Shown: positions 1 to 9,476, counted from the stretch's first letter. The stretch: DNA of 44,720 bases from a virus (IMGVR_UViG_3300037445_000060:1-44720), one strand, 5' to 3'. Notes: a model not told the origin generated them from the letters alone. Numbers and translations: made by a program.

Positions 1-108
1 GAGGTCGGCAACGAGGCTGGCGAGACCGTCCAGTTCGAGATGACCTGCGACGCGGTGATCGGCCTCCAGCAGCGCCTCACGCTCTGGCTCCTCGCCACGC
101 AGCGCTGA
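1..108 (+). CDS. 3' fragment of a hypothetical protein (truncated by window edge)
   Basis: Frame 1 is open from base 1 to TGA at 106-108 (EVGNEAGETVQFEMTCDAVIGLQQRLTLWLLATQR) with GC-rich third positions; followed by a hairpin. Confidence 0.6.
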   Translation, partial: EVGNEAGETVQFEMTCDAVIGLQQRLTLWLLATQR

Positions 109-129
109 GCGCCCCCAGGCACGCCAAAC

Positions 130-165
130 GACGCCCGCCCCGGCACGTAAGCCGAGGCGGGCGTC
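130..165. terminator. Probable bidirectional intrinsic terminator between convergent genes
   Basis: GACGCCCGCCCCGGC-acgtaa-GCCGAGGCGGGCGTC, 15-bp stem with one mismatch. Confidence 0.75.
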
Positions 166-186
166 TTGCTGTGCGCAGCGGGCCGC

Positions 187-489
187 TCAGGCCTTCGGCA
201 GGACGTAGCCGGCGGGCAGCTTCGGGTACACCGCCGGCCGTAGGCCGAGCATGACGACGCGGGCCAGCCAGCGCAGCGCGCGGCCGATCAGCGTGGTGTC
301 CTTGCGGCGCTCGGCCCACTGCACGGCGCCGACGACCGCCGCCATGACGGCGGCCGCGGCGGCGGCGTCGACCCAGGCGGGCTCGTGGTCGGGGAGCTGG
401 AGGCCGAAGTGCGCGAGCACCCAGGCGGCGAGCCAGGCCCAGGCGGCCTGGAGTGCGGCGCGGAGCGCGCCGTTGAGCCATGCGGGCAT
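187..489 (-). CDS. Putative holin
   Basis: 100 aa, two hydrophobic segments, basic C-terminus, GAGGAGG RBS, last gene of the lysis cassette. Confidence 0.7.
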   Translation of the reverse strand: MPAWLNGALRAALQAAWAWLAAWVLAHFGLQLPDHEPAWVDAAAAAAVMAAVVGAVQWAERRKDTTLIGRALRWLARVVMLGLRPAVYPKLPAGYVLPKA

Positions 490-505
490 TGCCCCTCCTC
501 AGGGG

Positions 506-1375
506 TTACAGGCCCTTGTGGGCCAGCCACGTGCGCCCGGCGTGGGCGACGCGGGCGTTGTCGAGGACGTGCGGGTGGTGCACCCAGTCGTTGTGGTGGA
601 ACGCGACCGCCAGGGCGGCATCGGCCGGGTCGGCGGGCGCCGGGGCGGGCGGCGTCGGCGTGGGCGCCGGCTGGGTCAGCGGCGTGAAGATCGTGACGTC
701 GCCCTGCTCGGCGAGCAGACGGCCGAAGTCGTCGAACGACATGTAGAAGCGGCCACCGACGCCCCAGCCCGTGCCCCAACTGTTCGTGAACCAGACCCGG
801 CCCTGCTCGGCGTCGATCTCGTCGGCGACGAACTCGTGGCCGCCGGCCAGGGCGCCGAGCGGATGCACGCGGCCGTCCGGGTCTGGGTTGAACATGGTCT
901 GGTACCAGTTGACCCCGGTGATGAACGGAGTCACGCCGAGCGCCTTCAGGGCGTCGTCCAGGCTGAACGTGTGCTGGTAGCCGGAGATCTCGCCGGCACG
1001 CTGGAGCACCTTGGCGATGGTCAAGCCGTCGCACCCGGTGTCGTCCGGCGGGTACTGGCCCGGGTAGTCGTCGGCCGCCGTGGCGTCGCTGTACAGCTGC
1101 ACGGCGCCGGCCTCGTTCTCGGCGTAGACCGCGACGCCCGCCGGCGGCCGGTTGGAGAAGAACGGCTCCGTCCCCAGGCAGCCAATGCCCGCGTTGCCCG
1201 TGCAGCTGCCCAGCTGGCCCTGGTCGAGGACCGGGATGCGCCGCTGGTGCTTGGCGCTGACGATCGACAGCCCGGCCGTGTCGAACGCGTAGCGCCGGCT
1301 CTCGCTGTCGTGGTGGACGTGGCGCTTGAGCCGCGGGTCGGTACTCGGGATGCGCTCGCGGATGATCGTCCTCAT
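506..1375 (-). CDS. Papain-like (C1A) cysteine peptidase
   Basis: DQGQLGSCTGNA (oxyanion Gln and catalytic Cys), GGHEFV (His), NSWGTGWGVGG (Asn); start reassigned to ATG 1375 behind AAGGAAG. Confidence 0.88.
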   Translation of the reverse strand: MRTIIRERIPSTDPRLKRHVHHDSESRRYAFDTAGLSIVSAKHQRRIPVLDQGQLGSCTGNAGIGCLGTEPFFSNRPPAGVAVYAENEAGAVQLYSDATAADDYPGQYPPDDTGCDGLTIAKVLQRAGEISGYQHTFSLDDALKALGVTPFITGVNWYQTMFNPDPDGRVHPLGALAGGHEFVADEIDAEQGRVWFTNSWGTGWGVGGRFYMSFDDFGRLLAEQGDVTIFTPLTQPAPTPTPPAPAPADPADAALAVAFHHNDWVHHPHVLDNARVAHAGRTWLAHKGL

Positions 1376-1403
1376 TGGCACTTCCTTTTGGCTGGTCAGG
1401 CGG

Positions 1404-1425
1404 TATCGTTCGAACGCATGAGCGA
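1404..1425 (+). promoter_or_regulatory. Putative -10 element (TATCGT) plus LexA/SOS-box-like site overlapping a leaderless start codon
   Basis: TATCGT 1404-1409, then TCGAACgcatGAGCGA 1410-1425 (2 mismatches to actinobacterial TCGAAC-N4-GTTCGA); ATG at 1418. Confidence 0.6.
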
Positions 1426-1636
1426 ACGCATCCCGGACGGGTACAAGCCGCTTCCGGGCGGCGGAATGCAGCTGATCGATCCGACGGACTGCCCGGCGGG
1501 CCACCCGTTCCGGTGGGGCAAGCGCGGGCACGCGCCGTGCGCCGAGCACCGCGGCCACCCGGAGTGGGTGTGCGCGTGCGGGCAGGAGATCTACCGGGAG
1601 GCGGGGGCGTTCGTCGGCGCTCTGTCGTGCCGGTAG
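1418..1636 (+). CDS. Small Cys/His-rich (zinc-ribbon-like) protein, opposite strand to the lysis cassette
   Basis: 72 aa MSERIPDGYKP...; CPAGH, CAEH-x2-H and CAC motifs; exactly fills the gap between two minus-strand genes. Confidence 0.7.
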   Translation: MSERIPDGYKPLPGGGMQLIDPTDCPAGHPFRWGKRGHAPCAEHRGHPEWVCACGQEIYREAGAFVGALSCR

Positions 1637-1954
1637 CTACGCCGGCGGCGGCGGCGGCTGCTGGTGGCTGCGGATGTGGTCTTCCAGTCGCAGCCCCAGC
1701 AGGTTGACCGCATCGCGGAGCGACCCGCCGCCGTTCGGGTGCAGCTCTTTCTCGATGTTGCCGAGCCGCTCCATAACCCCCGGCTCGGCCGAGCGGCCCG
1801 GTCGCGCCGCCTGGCCGTACCAGTCCTCACGGAACTCGTCGTTCTGCCGGGACAGCCGGCGCAGGGGCTTCCCGACGGCGCCGCCGACCGCGATCGCCGT
1901 CGCCACGACGCCGAGCGCCCCGCCGACGAGCCCGGTCATGTTCGCCAGGTCCAT
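1637..1954 (-). CDS. Single-TM lysis-cassette membrane protein (actinophage holin-associated type)
   Basis: 105 aa from MDLANMTGLV; N-terminal TM segment, ELHPNGGGSLRDAV motif typical of actinophage lysis-region proteins; TGATG coupling to the endolysin. Confidence 0.75.
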   Translation of the reverse strand: MDLANMTGLVGGALGVVATAIAVGGAVGKPLRRLSRQNDEFREDWYGQAARPGRSAEPGVMERLGNIEKELHPNGGGSLRDAVNLLGLRLEDHIRSHQQPPPPPA

Positions 1955-2907
1955 CAGCTGGCCGCCGGCGGCGCCGCCTCGAACCGCAGGGCGCCGAGCT
2001 GCGCCACCACCTGCACCGCCATCTGTGCGGCGATGTCCTCGCGGTCCGCGGCGCTCAGCACGACCGTGACCGGCGCGGTCAGCTTCGCCTCGAGCGCGTC
2101 CAGGCGCGCGGCGAGCGCGGCGAGCACGTCGGGCAGCTCGAGCAGTTTCCGCCCGGGCGAGTCGGCGGGCATGTCGGTGACGGGTCGCTGGCCCCAGCGG
2201 ATCGCGCGGTCGACGGCCTCGTCGTGCTCGATCTCGCCCTCGGTCCGCGGGATCTTGTGGTCCGGCGTCTCGGTGCCCGGGATGGGCGTATTGATGTCGG
2301 TCATGCCAACTCCCCATTGTCCGTAGTCCGCGACCGTGGCCCGGTCGAGGTCGCTGTCAGCGCCGCCGACCGTGACGCCGTTGCTGTACTGCTGGATCTG
2401 CGCGCGGGCGTCCCAGTGGCCGCCGGACCAGGCGAACGTCTGCCAGCCCCAGCGGATGAGCCCGGCGTCGAACAGCCGGCTGATCGCCCAGAAGCCGCCG
2501 TAGGCGCCGGTGCGTGCCACCCCGATCACGGAGGCGACGCCGCGGAAGTAGCCGGCGACGGCGCCGAGCTTGGCGGCCGGGTCGGCGGAGCCCGGAGCGA
2601 AGTCCGGCACGTCGAAGTCGACGGAGAAGTAGATCGGCCGGTCCGCCGGCCCGCCGGCCGCCGCGTGCTGGGCGGCCGCGGCCTGCGCGTCGGCGACGCC
2701 CTGGGCGTAGCCGTTGCGGGCGGCGCCGCTCGCCGCCTCCCAGTTCGAGACGGTGGCGATGCCGGCCGCGTGCAGCTGCTGCGCCTCCGCCGCGGTGAGG
2801 TTCTTGCCGGGGTCGCGCGACAGGTAGCGGCAGGCGAACCGCTTCCCGGCCGCGACGAGCGCCGCCGGCACCGGGTGCGCCCACGCGTAGTCGATTCCCT
2901 CGATCAT
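1954..2907 (-). CDS. Endolysin, DUF1906/Rv2525c-like (GH25-related) glycoside hydrolase
   Basis: GIDYAW, FACRYLS, PIYFSVDFD, RTGAYGG, WQTFAWSGG, QIQQY, DSDLD motifs; AAGGAGG RBS; follows the tail genes. Confidence 0.88.
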   Translation of the reverse strand: MIEGIDYAWAHPVPAALVAAGKRFACRYLSRDPGKNLTAAEAQQLHAAGIATVSNWEAASGAARNGYAQGVADAQAAAAQHAAAGGPADRPIYFSVDFDVPDFAPGSADPAAKLGAVAGYFRGVASVIGVARTGAYGGFWAISRLFDAGLIRWGWQTFAWSGGHWDARAQIQQYSNGVTVGGADSDLDRATVADYGQWGVGMTDINTPIPGTETPDHKIPRTEGEIEHDEAVDRAIRWGQRPVTDMPADSPGRKLLELPDVLAALAARLDALEAKLTAPVTVVLSAADREDIAAQMAVQVVAQLGALRFEAAPPAAS

Positions 2908-2917
2908 GCGGGCCTCC

Positions 2918-3454
2918 TTACGTCGTGCCGACCATGCGGACCGAGAACGTCGGCTGGTCGACGGCGGTCACCGCGGTCAGCAGCGCCCCGCCGCTGGTCT
3001 GGTTGACGACGACCTCGAAGTAGTCGCTCGAGCCGTTCGCCGTGGCGGTCATCGTCCGGGTCGGGAAGCGGGGCGTGGTGCCGCTGACCGCGCCGTAGTT
3101 GGTGCCGCCGCCGTTGAGGGTCGAGCCGTTCTTCCACAGCTCGCCGGTGCGGATGCCGGTCGCGTTGCTGGCCCAGCCGACGCCGCCGGACAGCTGGAAC
3201 CGGCCGGCCGTCTGCGGCGTGTAGCGGCTGGTGTTCGTCACCGTCGAGTGGCCGTTGTCGGTGTCGATGTCCTCGGTGTCGAACAGCACCGCCGTCGGGA
3301 CGCCGTTGGCCATGCTCTGCGCCGAGACCTGGCGCAGCTCGGCGACCGGCCAGCTGAGGAAGAAGTTCCCCGCATCCCGGACATTCGAGTTCATGTAGCT
3401 GGCGACGACGATCTCACCGGCCGTCCAGGTCCGGAAGCTCGGCAGCGTGGCCAT
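2918..3454 (-). CDS. Minor tail protein / short fibre, C1q-like beta domain likely
   Basis: N-terminal RTWTAGEIVVASYMN motif and FDTEDID...RYTPQTAGRF pattern; position at end of tail module. Confidence 0.65.
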   Translation of the reverse strand: MATLPSFRTWTAGEIVVASYMNSNVRDAGNFFLSWPVAELRQVSAQSMANGVPTAVLFDTEDIDTDNGHSTVTNTSRYTPQTAGRFQLSGGVGWASNATGIRTGELWKNGSTLNGGGTNYGAVSGTTPRFPTRTMTATANGSSDYFEVVVNQTSGGALLTAVTAVDQPTFSVRMVGTT

Positions 3455-3870
3455 CAGCGCACCACCGTGAACTCGGGCAGCGGCCGGAAGCGGCTCTCCC
3501 AGTCGAGGGGCAGCCAGCCGGGCGCGCCACGCAGCCGCGCCTCCCGCGTCACGCCGAGGCCCAGCCCGGGCACCTGAACGTGCAGTTCAGGCCACGGGTC
3601 GAGGCGCTGGGCAAACACCGGGCGACCGTCGACCTGCAGCGGGTTGCCGAACCCGTCCGTCTCGATCGTCCAGAGGTTCGGGTCGTTGAGGTCGTCGAGC
3701 GGCTGCACCCAGCGCACCTCGGCGCGCACGACCGGCCCCCAGAAGTCGTGCCGGTAGCACACCTCGTCGCCGACCGCCGGGGCCGGCGTGCGGTGCGGCG
3801 CCAGGCGCTCCCGGGCCCACGCCACCTCCCACGGCGCGTAGGGGATGAGCTTCGTGTCTTCCTCGCGCAT
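3454..3870 (-). CDS. Hypothetical protein in tail module
   Basis: Fills the gap between tail genes; ATG 3870 has GGAGG RBS (alternative ATG 3882). Confidence 0.7.
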   Translation of the reverse strand: MREEDTKLIPYAPWEVAWARERLAPHRTPAPAVGDEVCYRHDFWGPVVRAEVRWVQPLDDLNDPNLWTIETDGFGNPLQVDGRPVFAQRLDPWPELHVQVPGLGLGVTREARLRGAPGWLPLDWESRFRPLPEFTVVR

Positions 3871-3881
3871 CGGCGCCTCCA

Positions 3882-6371
3882 TCAGAAGCCCAGGACCGTC
3901 GTGGAGTCGAGCTGGCCGTACGTGGCGTCGCCGAGGATCCACGGCTGGGCGATGTTGACCGGCGACAGCTCGACGGTGGTCGACCAGGTGCCGGCCTCGA
4001 AGTCGATGTCGTGGTGGTCGATGCTCTCGACGAAGAAGTCGCCGCTCATCGTGATGCCGGCGCCGGCGTTGGCCGCCTTCGGGCGCCGCTTCACGGTGAC
4101 CCTGGTGCCGATCTCCAGCTGGAGCAGCATCGGCCAGAGGGTGCCGTCGCCGAACGGCAGGTTGCGCACGGCGGCCGGGTTGAAGGTCACCGACGCCACC
4201 CGCTGCGAGGGCGCCTTGCGGTTGGCGACCACCCAGGTCGCGGCGTCGTACACCTCGTTGGCGCTGGCCAGGTCGACGGTGCGGGTGAACGGCTTCTTGC
4301 CATACCGCTTCTGGCTCACGCCCGACGGGTCCTCGGCGTGGATCTTGACGCCGCCGGTCTGGGTCACGTCGGCGACGTTGAGCACCAGCGTCGGGTCGGT
4401 GTCGTATTGGATGTCGCCCTCGTACGGATACTCGCCGCCGGCGACGTTCTCCCCGAACGTGAAGGTCGACGCGGTCTTCAGGTAGCGGTCGAACCGGCCG
4501 GCGAAGGTGATCCCGTCCTGGCTCTCGTAGAGGTTCCCGAACTCGGTGTCGCCGACGTACTGGCAGGTGTCGAGGGCGCTGTCGCCCTCCTTCACCGACG
4601 CCGCGGTCAGCGTCGACGCGCCGGCCTGCAGGCTGGTCGGGCCCGTGTAGCCGGCGAGCCCGAGGTAGCGGGCGATCCGCGGCCCGGCGGTCTCGCCGGC
4701 GTAGCCGAGGAACGCGGCGGCCAGGTCGGCGACCTCGCCGGAGCTGAGCGCGCGGTTGTTCCAGTAGGCGATCCGGGAGGTCGTCTGGTCCTGGCCGGCC
4801 TGGTTGAAGGTGTAGGTGCAGGACCCGCCGACGTTCAGCGCGAGGACCTTCGAGGTGAGGCCGACCGGGAAGCCGCCGGCGCTGCTCGTCGAGATGAGCA
4901 CGCCGTCGATCCAGAGCCGGGTGATGCAGTCGGGTGCGGCCATCGTCGAGGTGATCACGTACAGGTGGGGTTTGCCGTCGCCCCAGATGTCGGTCGAGCT
5001 CGGGCCGCCGACCCGCGGGGTGATGCTGCCGGCGCTGCCGGTCAGGCCCACCGGGGAGGTGTTGTTGTAGTCCGTGAACCGGACGAACTGCACGTTGGAG
5101 ATGGCGTTCGCGGGGCGGGTCATGATGAACGCGCAGGACGCCGCCCAGGTGGTGTCGCTGCCGGACACGGCCGACGGGCCGACGAGCGTCGGGCCGGTGT
5201 AGCCGAGCTGCAGGCAGGTGAACGCCTTGTTGAGGAAGCCCTCGTCACCGGGGGTCGGGGCGGTGCGCACGCCGACGCCGCCGTTGTCGCCGGCGACGCC
5301 GGTGGCCGTGCCGGGGGCGAAGGTCGGGCCGGCGCCGACCGGCGAGTTGGTCTTGAGCAGCGGCGGGCCGTTGTTGCCGGACGTGTCGGCGAACACGGTG
5401 GCGCCGTTGGGTTCCTGGAGCGTCCAGTAGTTCGTCGGGACCTTGGCCCGGATGGCGCCGTCGATCTCGGTGTGCAGGTCGGCGTTGGCGACGATGCCGA
5501 GGGGGCCGACGCACGGCGTCGTGACCTGGCCGGTGAAGCCCTCGTCGTCCCACTGCTGGGTCCAGCGTTCGACGTACCCGCGGGTCCAGAAGTTTTTGAT
5601 CATCGGCCCGGTGGTGGTGAACGCGCTGGCCGACGCGCCCGGCTCGTGCTGTAGCGCATCCAGGTTGATGGAGCCGCCGATCGCCGTGCCGACCGTCGAC
5701 ACCTGCACCGTGTGCGTCGGCTGGGTCGCCGTGAACGTCACGGTGAGCCGCACGTACGCGCTCGTCGTGGTGGTGCTCGAGCCGGTCGCCCCACCGACGA
5801 CCTTGATCTGCTGCGTCGACGCCGACGTCTGCCGCAGGTACGCGCTGGCGGTGTACTGGCGGCCGGGGATGCACGGCACCACCCACGACAGACCCTGCAC
5901 GACCGCGCTCGAGCCGACGCCGTACTGCACGCACTTCGTGCCCTGCTGCGGGTTGGTGGTGGAGATGACCGGGTTCTCGCCGCCGGACACCGGGGTGAGC
6001 CAGCTCGGCGCGGCCGCCGCGGCGGTGTAGGACTCGAACGACGCGTCGGTGCCGTTGTAGGCCAGGTTGAGCAGGTTGCCGGTGCCACCGTTCGGCCACA
6101 TGCAGCGGGCCAGGATCGCCCGGTACGGCACCACGTTGGGGTAGTACGGCGAGCCGGTGTTGGCCGGGTTGAGGGCCTCGTCGATGTCGAGCCACGTCGC
6201 GTCGAGGTTGCCGGTCTGGTTGCGGTCCAGCTCGTACTGCCGGCCCCGCTTCGCGCTGTTGATCGTCTCGATGCGGCTGGTGAGGTCGGTCCAGGACGGG
6301 GTGGCCTGGACGTCGAACGGGTCGGCGTTGAACGCGACGCCGAGGAACACATCCGGCCGGTTGAGGGCCAT
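3882..6371 (-). CDS. Minor tail / baseplate protein with carbohydrate-binding-like and LamG-like domains
   Basis: 829 aa directly after tape measure; WTDLT..RGRQYELDR start, GRQYTASAY...VRLTVTFTAT (CBM4/9-like), YWTLQE...WNNRALS (LamG-like). Confidence 0.8.
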   Translation of the reverse strand: MALNRPDVFLGVAFNADPFDVQATPSWTDLTSRIETINSAKRGRQYELDRNQTGNLDATWLDIDEALNPANTGSPYYPNVVPYRAILARCMWPNGGTGNLLNLAYNGTDASFESYTAAAAAPSWLTPVSGGENPVISTTNPQQGTKCVQYGVGSSAVVQGLSWVVPCIPGRQYTASAYLRQTSASTQQIKVVGGATGSSTTTTSAYVRLTVTFTATQPTHTVQVSTVGTAIGGSINLDALQHEPGASASAFTTTGPMIKNFWTRGYVERWTQQWDDEGFTGQVTTPCVGPLGIVANADLHTEIDGAIRAKVPTNYWTLQEPNGATVFADTSGNNGPPLLKTNSPVGAGPTFAPGTATGVAGDNGGVGVRTAPTPGDEGFLNKAFTCLQLGYTGPTLVGPSAVSGSDTTWAASCAFIMTRPANAISNVQFVRFTDYNNTSPVGLTGSAGSITPRVGGPSSTDIWGDGKPHLYVITSTMAAPDCITRLWIDGVLISTSSAGGFPVGLTSKVLALNVGGSCTYTFNQAGQDQTTSRIAYWNNRALSSGEVADLAAAFLGYAGETAGPRIARYLGLAGYTGPTSLQAGASTLTAASVKEGDSALDTCQYVGDTEFGNLYESQDGITFAGRFDRYLKTASTFTFGENVAGGEYPYEGDIQYDTDPTLVLNVADVTQTGGVKIHAEDPSGVSQKRYGKKPFTRTVDLASANEVYDAATWVVANRKAPSQRVASVTFNPAAVRNLPFGDGTLWPMLLQLEIGTRVTVKRRPKAANAGAGITMSGDFFVESIDHHDIDFEAGTWSTTVELSPVNIAQPWILGDATYGQLDSTTVLGF

Positions 6372-8743
6372 CAGGACAAGCCCGTCCGGCCGGTCTGGGC
6401 CTTATACCGCTGGGCGTGCGGGATGAGCCGGGCGTGCAGCTCCTTGCCGTCGACGTACAGCTTGGCCATGAACACCCCGCCCTCGGCGTGCCTTGCCGTC
6501 GCGGGCGCTGGTGCCGCGCTCGAGCCGGCCGCGGCGCCGCGGTTGCCGGCGGCGATCATGTCGCGGGAGAGGACGTACTCGCCGCCGTGGGCGATGATCA
6601 GGCGGGGCGCGCCGGGCGGCCCGGGAATCCAGCCACCGGAGTCGAACGAGCCGGCGATGCCCGAGCCGGCGCCCTGGCCGGCCTCGGTCGGGTGGCCCTT
6701 GATCCAGTCCCAGGCGTCGCGGATCTTGCCGAATCCCGCCGCGACCTTGCTGAACACCGGTCCGAGGGTGTGATCCCACACCCACTGCAGCGCATCGCCG
6801 ATGGCGTGCCAGATCTTCGACCACTCGTCCTGAAGCCAATGCGCGGCCTTCTGGACCGGCTGGATGCCGTACTTGTCGATGAAGTCGAATGTCGGCTTCA
6901 GGACGTTGTTCCAGGCCCAGGACGACACCGTCGTGATGAGGTTCCAGGATTTGCTCCAGGCGTCTTCGAGCCAGTGCAGCGCGGTCCGCAGATTGCTGAT
7001 GCTCTGGTCGACGATGAACCTGAACACGGGCTGGATGACGTTATCCCACGCCCATTTCATCACCGTCGTGATGAGGTTCCAGGTCTTGTTCCAGGCGACC
7101 TCGAGCGCGTGCAGCACCGGCATGACGATGGTGTCGATATCGGCCTTGATCGCCGCGACGATCACCGACCAGAAGCCGTAGGAGAACTTCAGCACCCAGG
7201 AGATCCCGGCCCACAGGACGTTCCAGGCCTCGTGCAGCTTGTGCCACACGGCCAGGGTGGGCCGCACGAACGCCGCATCGAAGAAGTGCACAATCGGGTC
7301 GATGATCTTGGACTTGATCCAGCCGACGACGGCCAGAATCCCGTTCCAGGTCCAGTTCCAGGCATCGACCAGCCAATGCCACACGTCCAGGGAAATGCGC
7401 TTGATGAAGCCCCAGACGGCGCCCCAGTGCTTCACCAATTCGTAGATGCCGAATGCGAGCAGCGCGACCGCGGCGACAATGCCGAGCACAATCCAGGTGA
7501 TCGGATTCGCGAGCATCGCAATGGTATTCGCGATCACGGCATACGTGAATGCCATCATCGCGGCCACGAGAATACCGCCGATGACGACCGCGGCGATTTT
7601 CACCGCCTCCGTATGTTTCGACAGCCACTCGGCGGACTTCTGGATGTACGGGATGAGGAAGTTGCCGACCGTGACCCCGATCGACTGCAGCTCGGCGCTG
7701 ACCTGGTGCATCTGCTGGGAGAATTGCTTCTGCTGCTGCGCCCACGCCTCGTCGGCTGTCTTCGCGCGCGTCGCCTCCGTGCCGAGCTGGCCGTACTTAC
7801 TCTTCAGCCGGTCGGACTCCTCGAGCAGCGTGAGGATCGCGCTCGAGGTGCGGCCGCCGCCGAACGCCTTTTCGACGATGGCGTTCTGCTCGACCGCGGT
7901 CTTCCCGGACTCCTCCAGGTGGGTCTTGAGGTCCATCACGGCGACGAGCAGGCCGTTGGGCTGGCGCATGTCCTGGGCCAGCTGCGTGGAGGAGAGCCCG
8001 ATCTGGGAGAGGGCGACGGTCGCGGCGTGCGACGGCGCGGCCATCAGCGACACGGTCATCCGCAGCCGGGTGGCTGCCTCGTCCGCGCCCACCGAGTTGT
8101 CGGTGATGGTGGCGAGGGCGGCGCCGAAGTCGGTCATCCCGAGGCCGGCCGACTTGAAGCTGGGCAGCACGCCGGTGCCGATCGCGGAGGCGAGCTTGTC
8201 CATCTTCATGTCGCCCATGCCGACGATCGTGTTGAGGTAGTTCGTCGCGTCGGCGGCGTCGCGGATGTCCTTCAGGCCGACCGACATGGTGCCGGACATC
8301 GCGAAGGTCACGGTATCGAGGTCGGCCAGGCCCATCGCGGCCAACTTCGCGCTCGCGGTGAGGATGTCGAGGGCGGCCTTGCCACGGAACCCGGTGCTCT
8401 CGATGTGGTACAGGCCCTCGGCGAGCTTCTCCGGCCCGATGCCGACCGTAGGCGCCAGGTCGAGGACCTTCTGCTTGAGGCCTTCGACCTCGGACTGGGC
8501 GGCGCCGGCCTGGGTGTGGATGAGCTCCATCGCCTGGTCGAAGTTCGCCGCGAGGTGCACGGACTCGATCGCGGCGCCGGCGGCGGCCAGGGCGAGCGCG
8601 CCCATGGCGACCTTGCCGGCGCCGGCGAGCTTCTTGTTGGCCGCCTCGAAACCCTCGAGCTTCGCGGTGCTGGCGCCGAGCGCGGCGCTGAACTCGGCGG
8701 TGTCGGCGACGAGCCGCGCCACTACCGGGGGCAGGAAATCCAC
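6371..8743 (-). CDS. Tape measure protein (TP901 family)
   Basis: 790 aa, Ala-rich helical N-terminal half, Trp-periodic amphipathic repeats, GGWIPG..AHGGEYVL C-terminal motif. Confidence 0.93.
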   Translation of the reverse strand: MDFLPPVVARLVADTAEFSAALGASTAKLEGFEAANKKLAGAGKVAMGALALAAAGAAIESVHLAANFDQAMELIHTQAGAAQSEVEGLKQKVLDLAPTVGIGPEKLAEGLYHIESTGFRGKAALDILTASAKLAAMGLADLDTVTFAMSGTMSVGLKDIRDAADATNYLNTIVGMGDMKMDKLASAIGTGVLPSFKSAGLGMTDFGAALATITDNSVGADEAATRLRMTVSLMAAPSHAATVALSQIGLSSTQLAQDMRQPNGLLVAVMDLKTHLEESGKTAVEQNAIVEKAFGGGRTSSAILTLLEESDRLKSKYGQLGTEATRAKTADEAWAQQQKQFSQQMHQVSAELQSIGVTVGNFLIPYIQKSAEWLSKHTEAVKIAAVVIGGILVAAMMAFTYAVIANTIAMLANPITWIVLGIVAAVALLAFGIYELVKHWGAVWGFIKRISLDVWHWLVDAWNWTWNGILAVVGWIKSKIIDPIVHFFDAAFVRPTLAVWHKLHEAWNVLWAGISWVLKFSYGFWSVIVAAIKADIDTIVMPVLHALEVAWNKTWNLITTVMKWAWDNVIQPVFRFIVDQSISNLRTALHWLEDAWSKSWNLITTVSSWAWNNVLKPTFDFIDKYGIQPVQKAAHWLQDEWSKIWHAIGDALQWVWDHTLGPVFSKVAAGFGKIRDAWDWIKGHPTEAGQGAGSGIAGSFDSGGWIPGPPGAPRLIIAHGGEYVLSRDMIAAGNRGAAAGSSAAPAPATARHAEGGVFMAKLYVDGKELHARLIPHAQRYKAQTGRTGLS

Positions 8744-8747
8744 CAGG

Positions 8748-9224
8748 TCACCCCCTCAACGCCGCGGCCCAGGCCTCGCGATAGATCGCGCGGATCTTGT
8801 CCTTGACGTCGTCGAACGCCGGCAGCATGTACGGCCGGGCGGGCAGCACGGCGCCGCGGCCGGCGGTGCCGCCGAGCTCCTGGATCCGCCCGTACACGGC
8901 CGTCGGGCCGACGAGGCCCATCCAGCTCGTGGTGCCGGTCGGTGTCGGGCCCTCGACCTGGACGGACCGGCGCAGGGTGCCGGTGCGCAGGAACGGCGGC
9001 TCACCCGGCGGGCTCGCGGTGTACTCGACCTTCCGGAACCGGCCCTGGGCATCGCGGCCCTGCTCGCCCGCGGACGAGGTCTTGGAGAGCAGCTCTTTGG
9101 CGCGGCGCTCGATGGTGTGCAGCGCAAGGCCGGTAGCCCGGCCGGTCGCGGCCGCCTGCCGCTTCCGCATGGCGCTGAGCGCGCCGGCCAGCTCCTGGAT
9201 GCCGGAGAGCACGACGTAGGCCAC
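8748..9224 (-). CDS. HK97 gp10-like neck/tail-completion protein
   Basis: ASPPGEPPFLRTGTLRRS, YGRIQELGG and PARPYMLPA motifs. Confidence 0.85.
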   Translation of the reverse strand: MAYVVLSGIQELAGALSAMRKRQAAATGRATGLALHTIERRAKELLSKTSSAGEQGRDAQGRFRKVEYTASPPGEPPFLRTGTLRRSVQVEGPTPTGTTSWMGLVGPTAVYGRIQELGGTAGRGAVLPARPYMLPAFDDVKDKIRAIYREAWAAALRG

Positions 9225-9234
9225 GGGCGGCCCC

Positions 9235-9476
9235 CTACGTCGTGCTCTTCTGCTTTTCCTGCTGGACCTCGTCGTGGATCGCGGCGACGGCCGGGAGCCG
9301 GTCCCTGTAGATCACGGGGAGCTCGTCGACGACCGACGGCGGCCAGTGCCACCGCTCTGCGAAGAAGAAGTAGTGCGCCGTCTCCTCGACGAGCCGGTCT
9401 TCGATGCTGATCGGCGCGCGGACGCCCTGATCTCCCGCCAGCAGGGCTTTCAGGCGCCGGCGGGCCGAGTAGGGGA
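9235..9476 (-). CDS. Tail assembly chaperone, frameshifted C-terminal (T) segment
   Basis: -1 frame relative to 9450-9941; FAERWHWPPSVVDELP is typical of T segments; no convincing independent start. Confidence 0.7.

Noticed and set aside
251-1417. N-terminal part of the 461-aa plus-strand ORF
   Set aside because: Antisense to the holin and peptidase; only the last 72 codons lie in free space
2918-6371. Diversity-generating retroelement or invertible tail-fibre cassette
   Set aside because: No reverse transcriptase, invertase or template/variable repeat pair seen
6780-7660. Trp-periodic repeats, internal duplication and GC dip in the tape measure gene
   Set aside because: Normal tape-measure repeat structure; Trp/Ile/Phe-rich composition explains the lower GC
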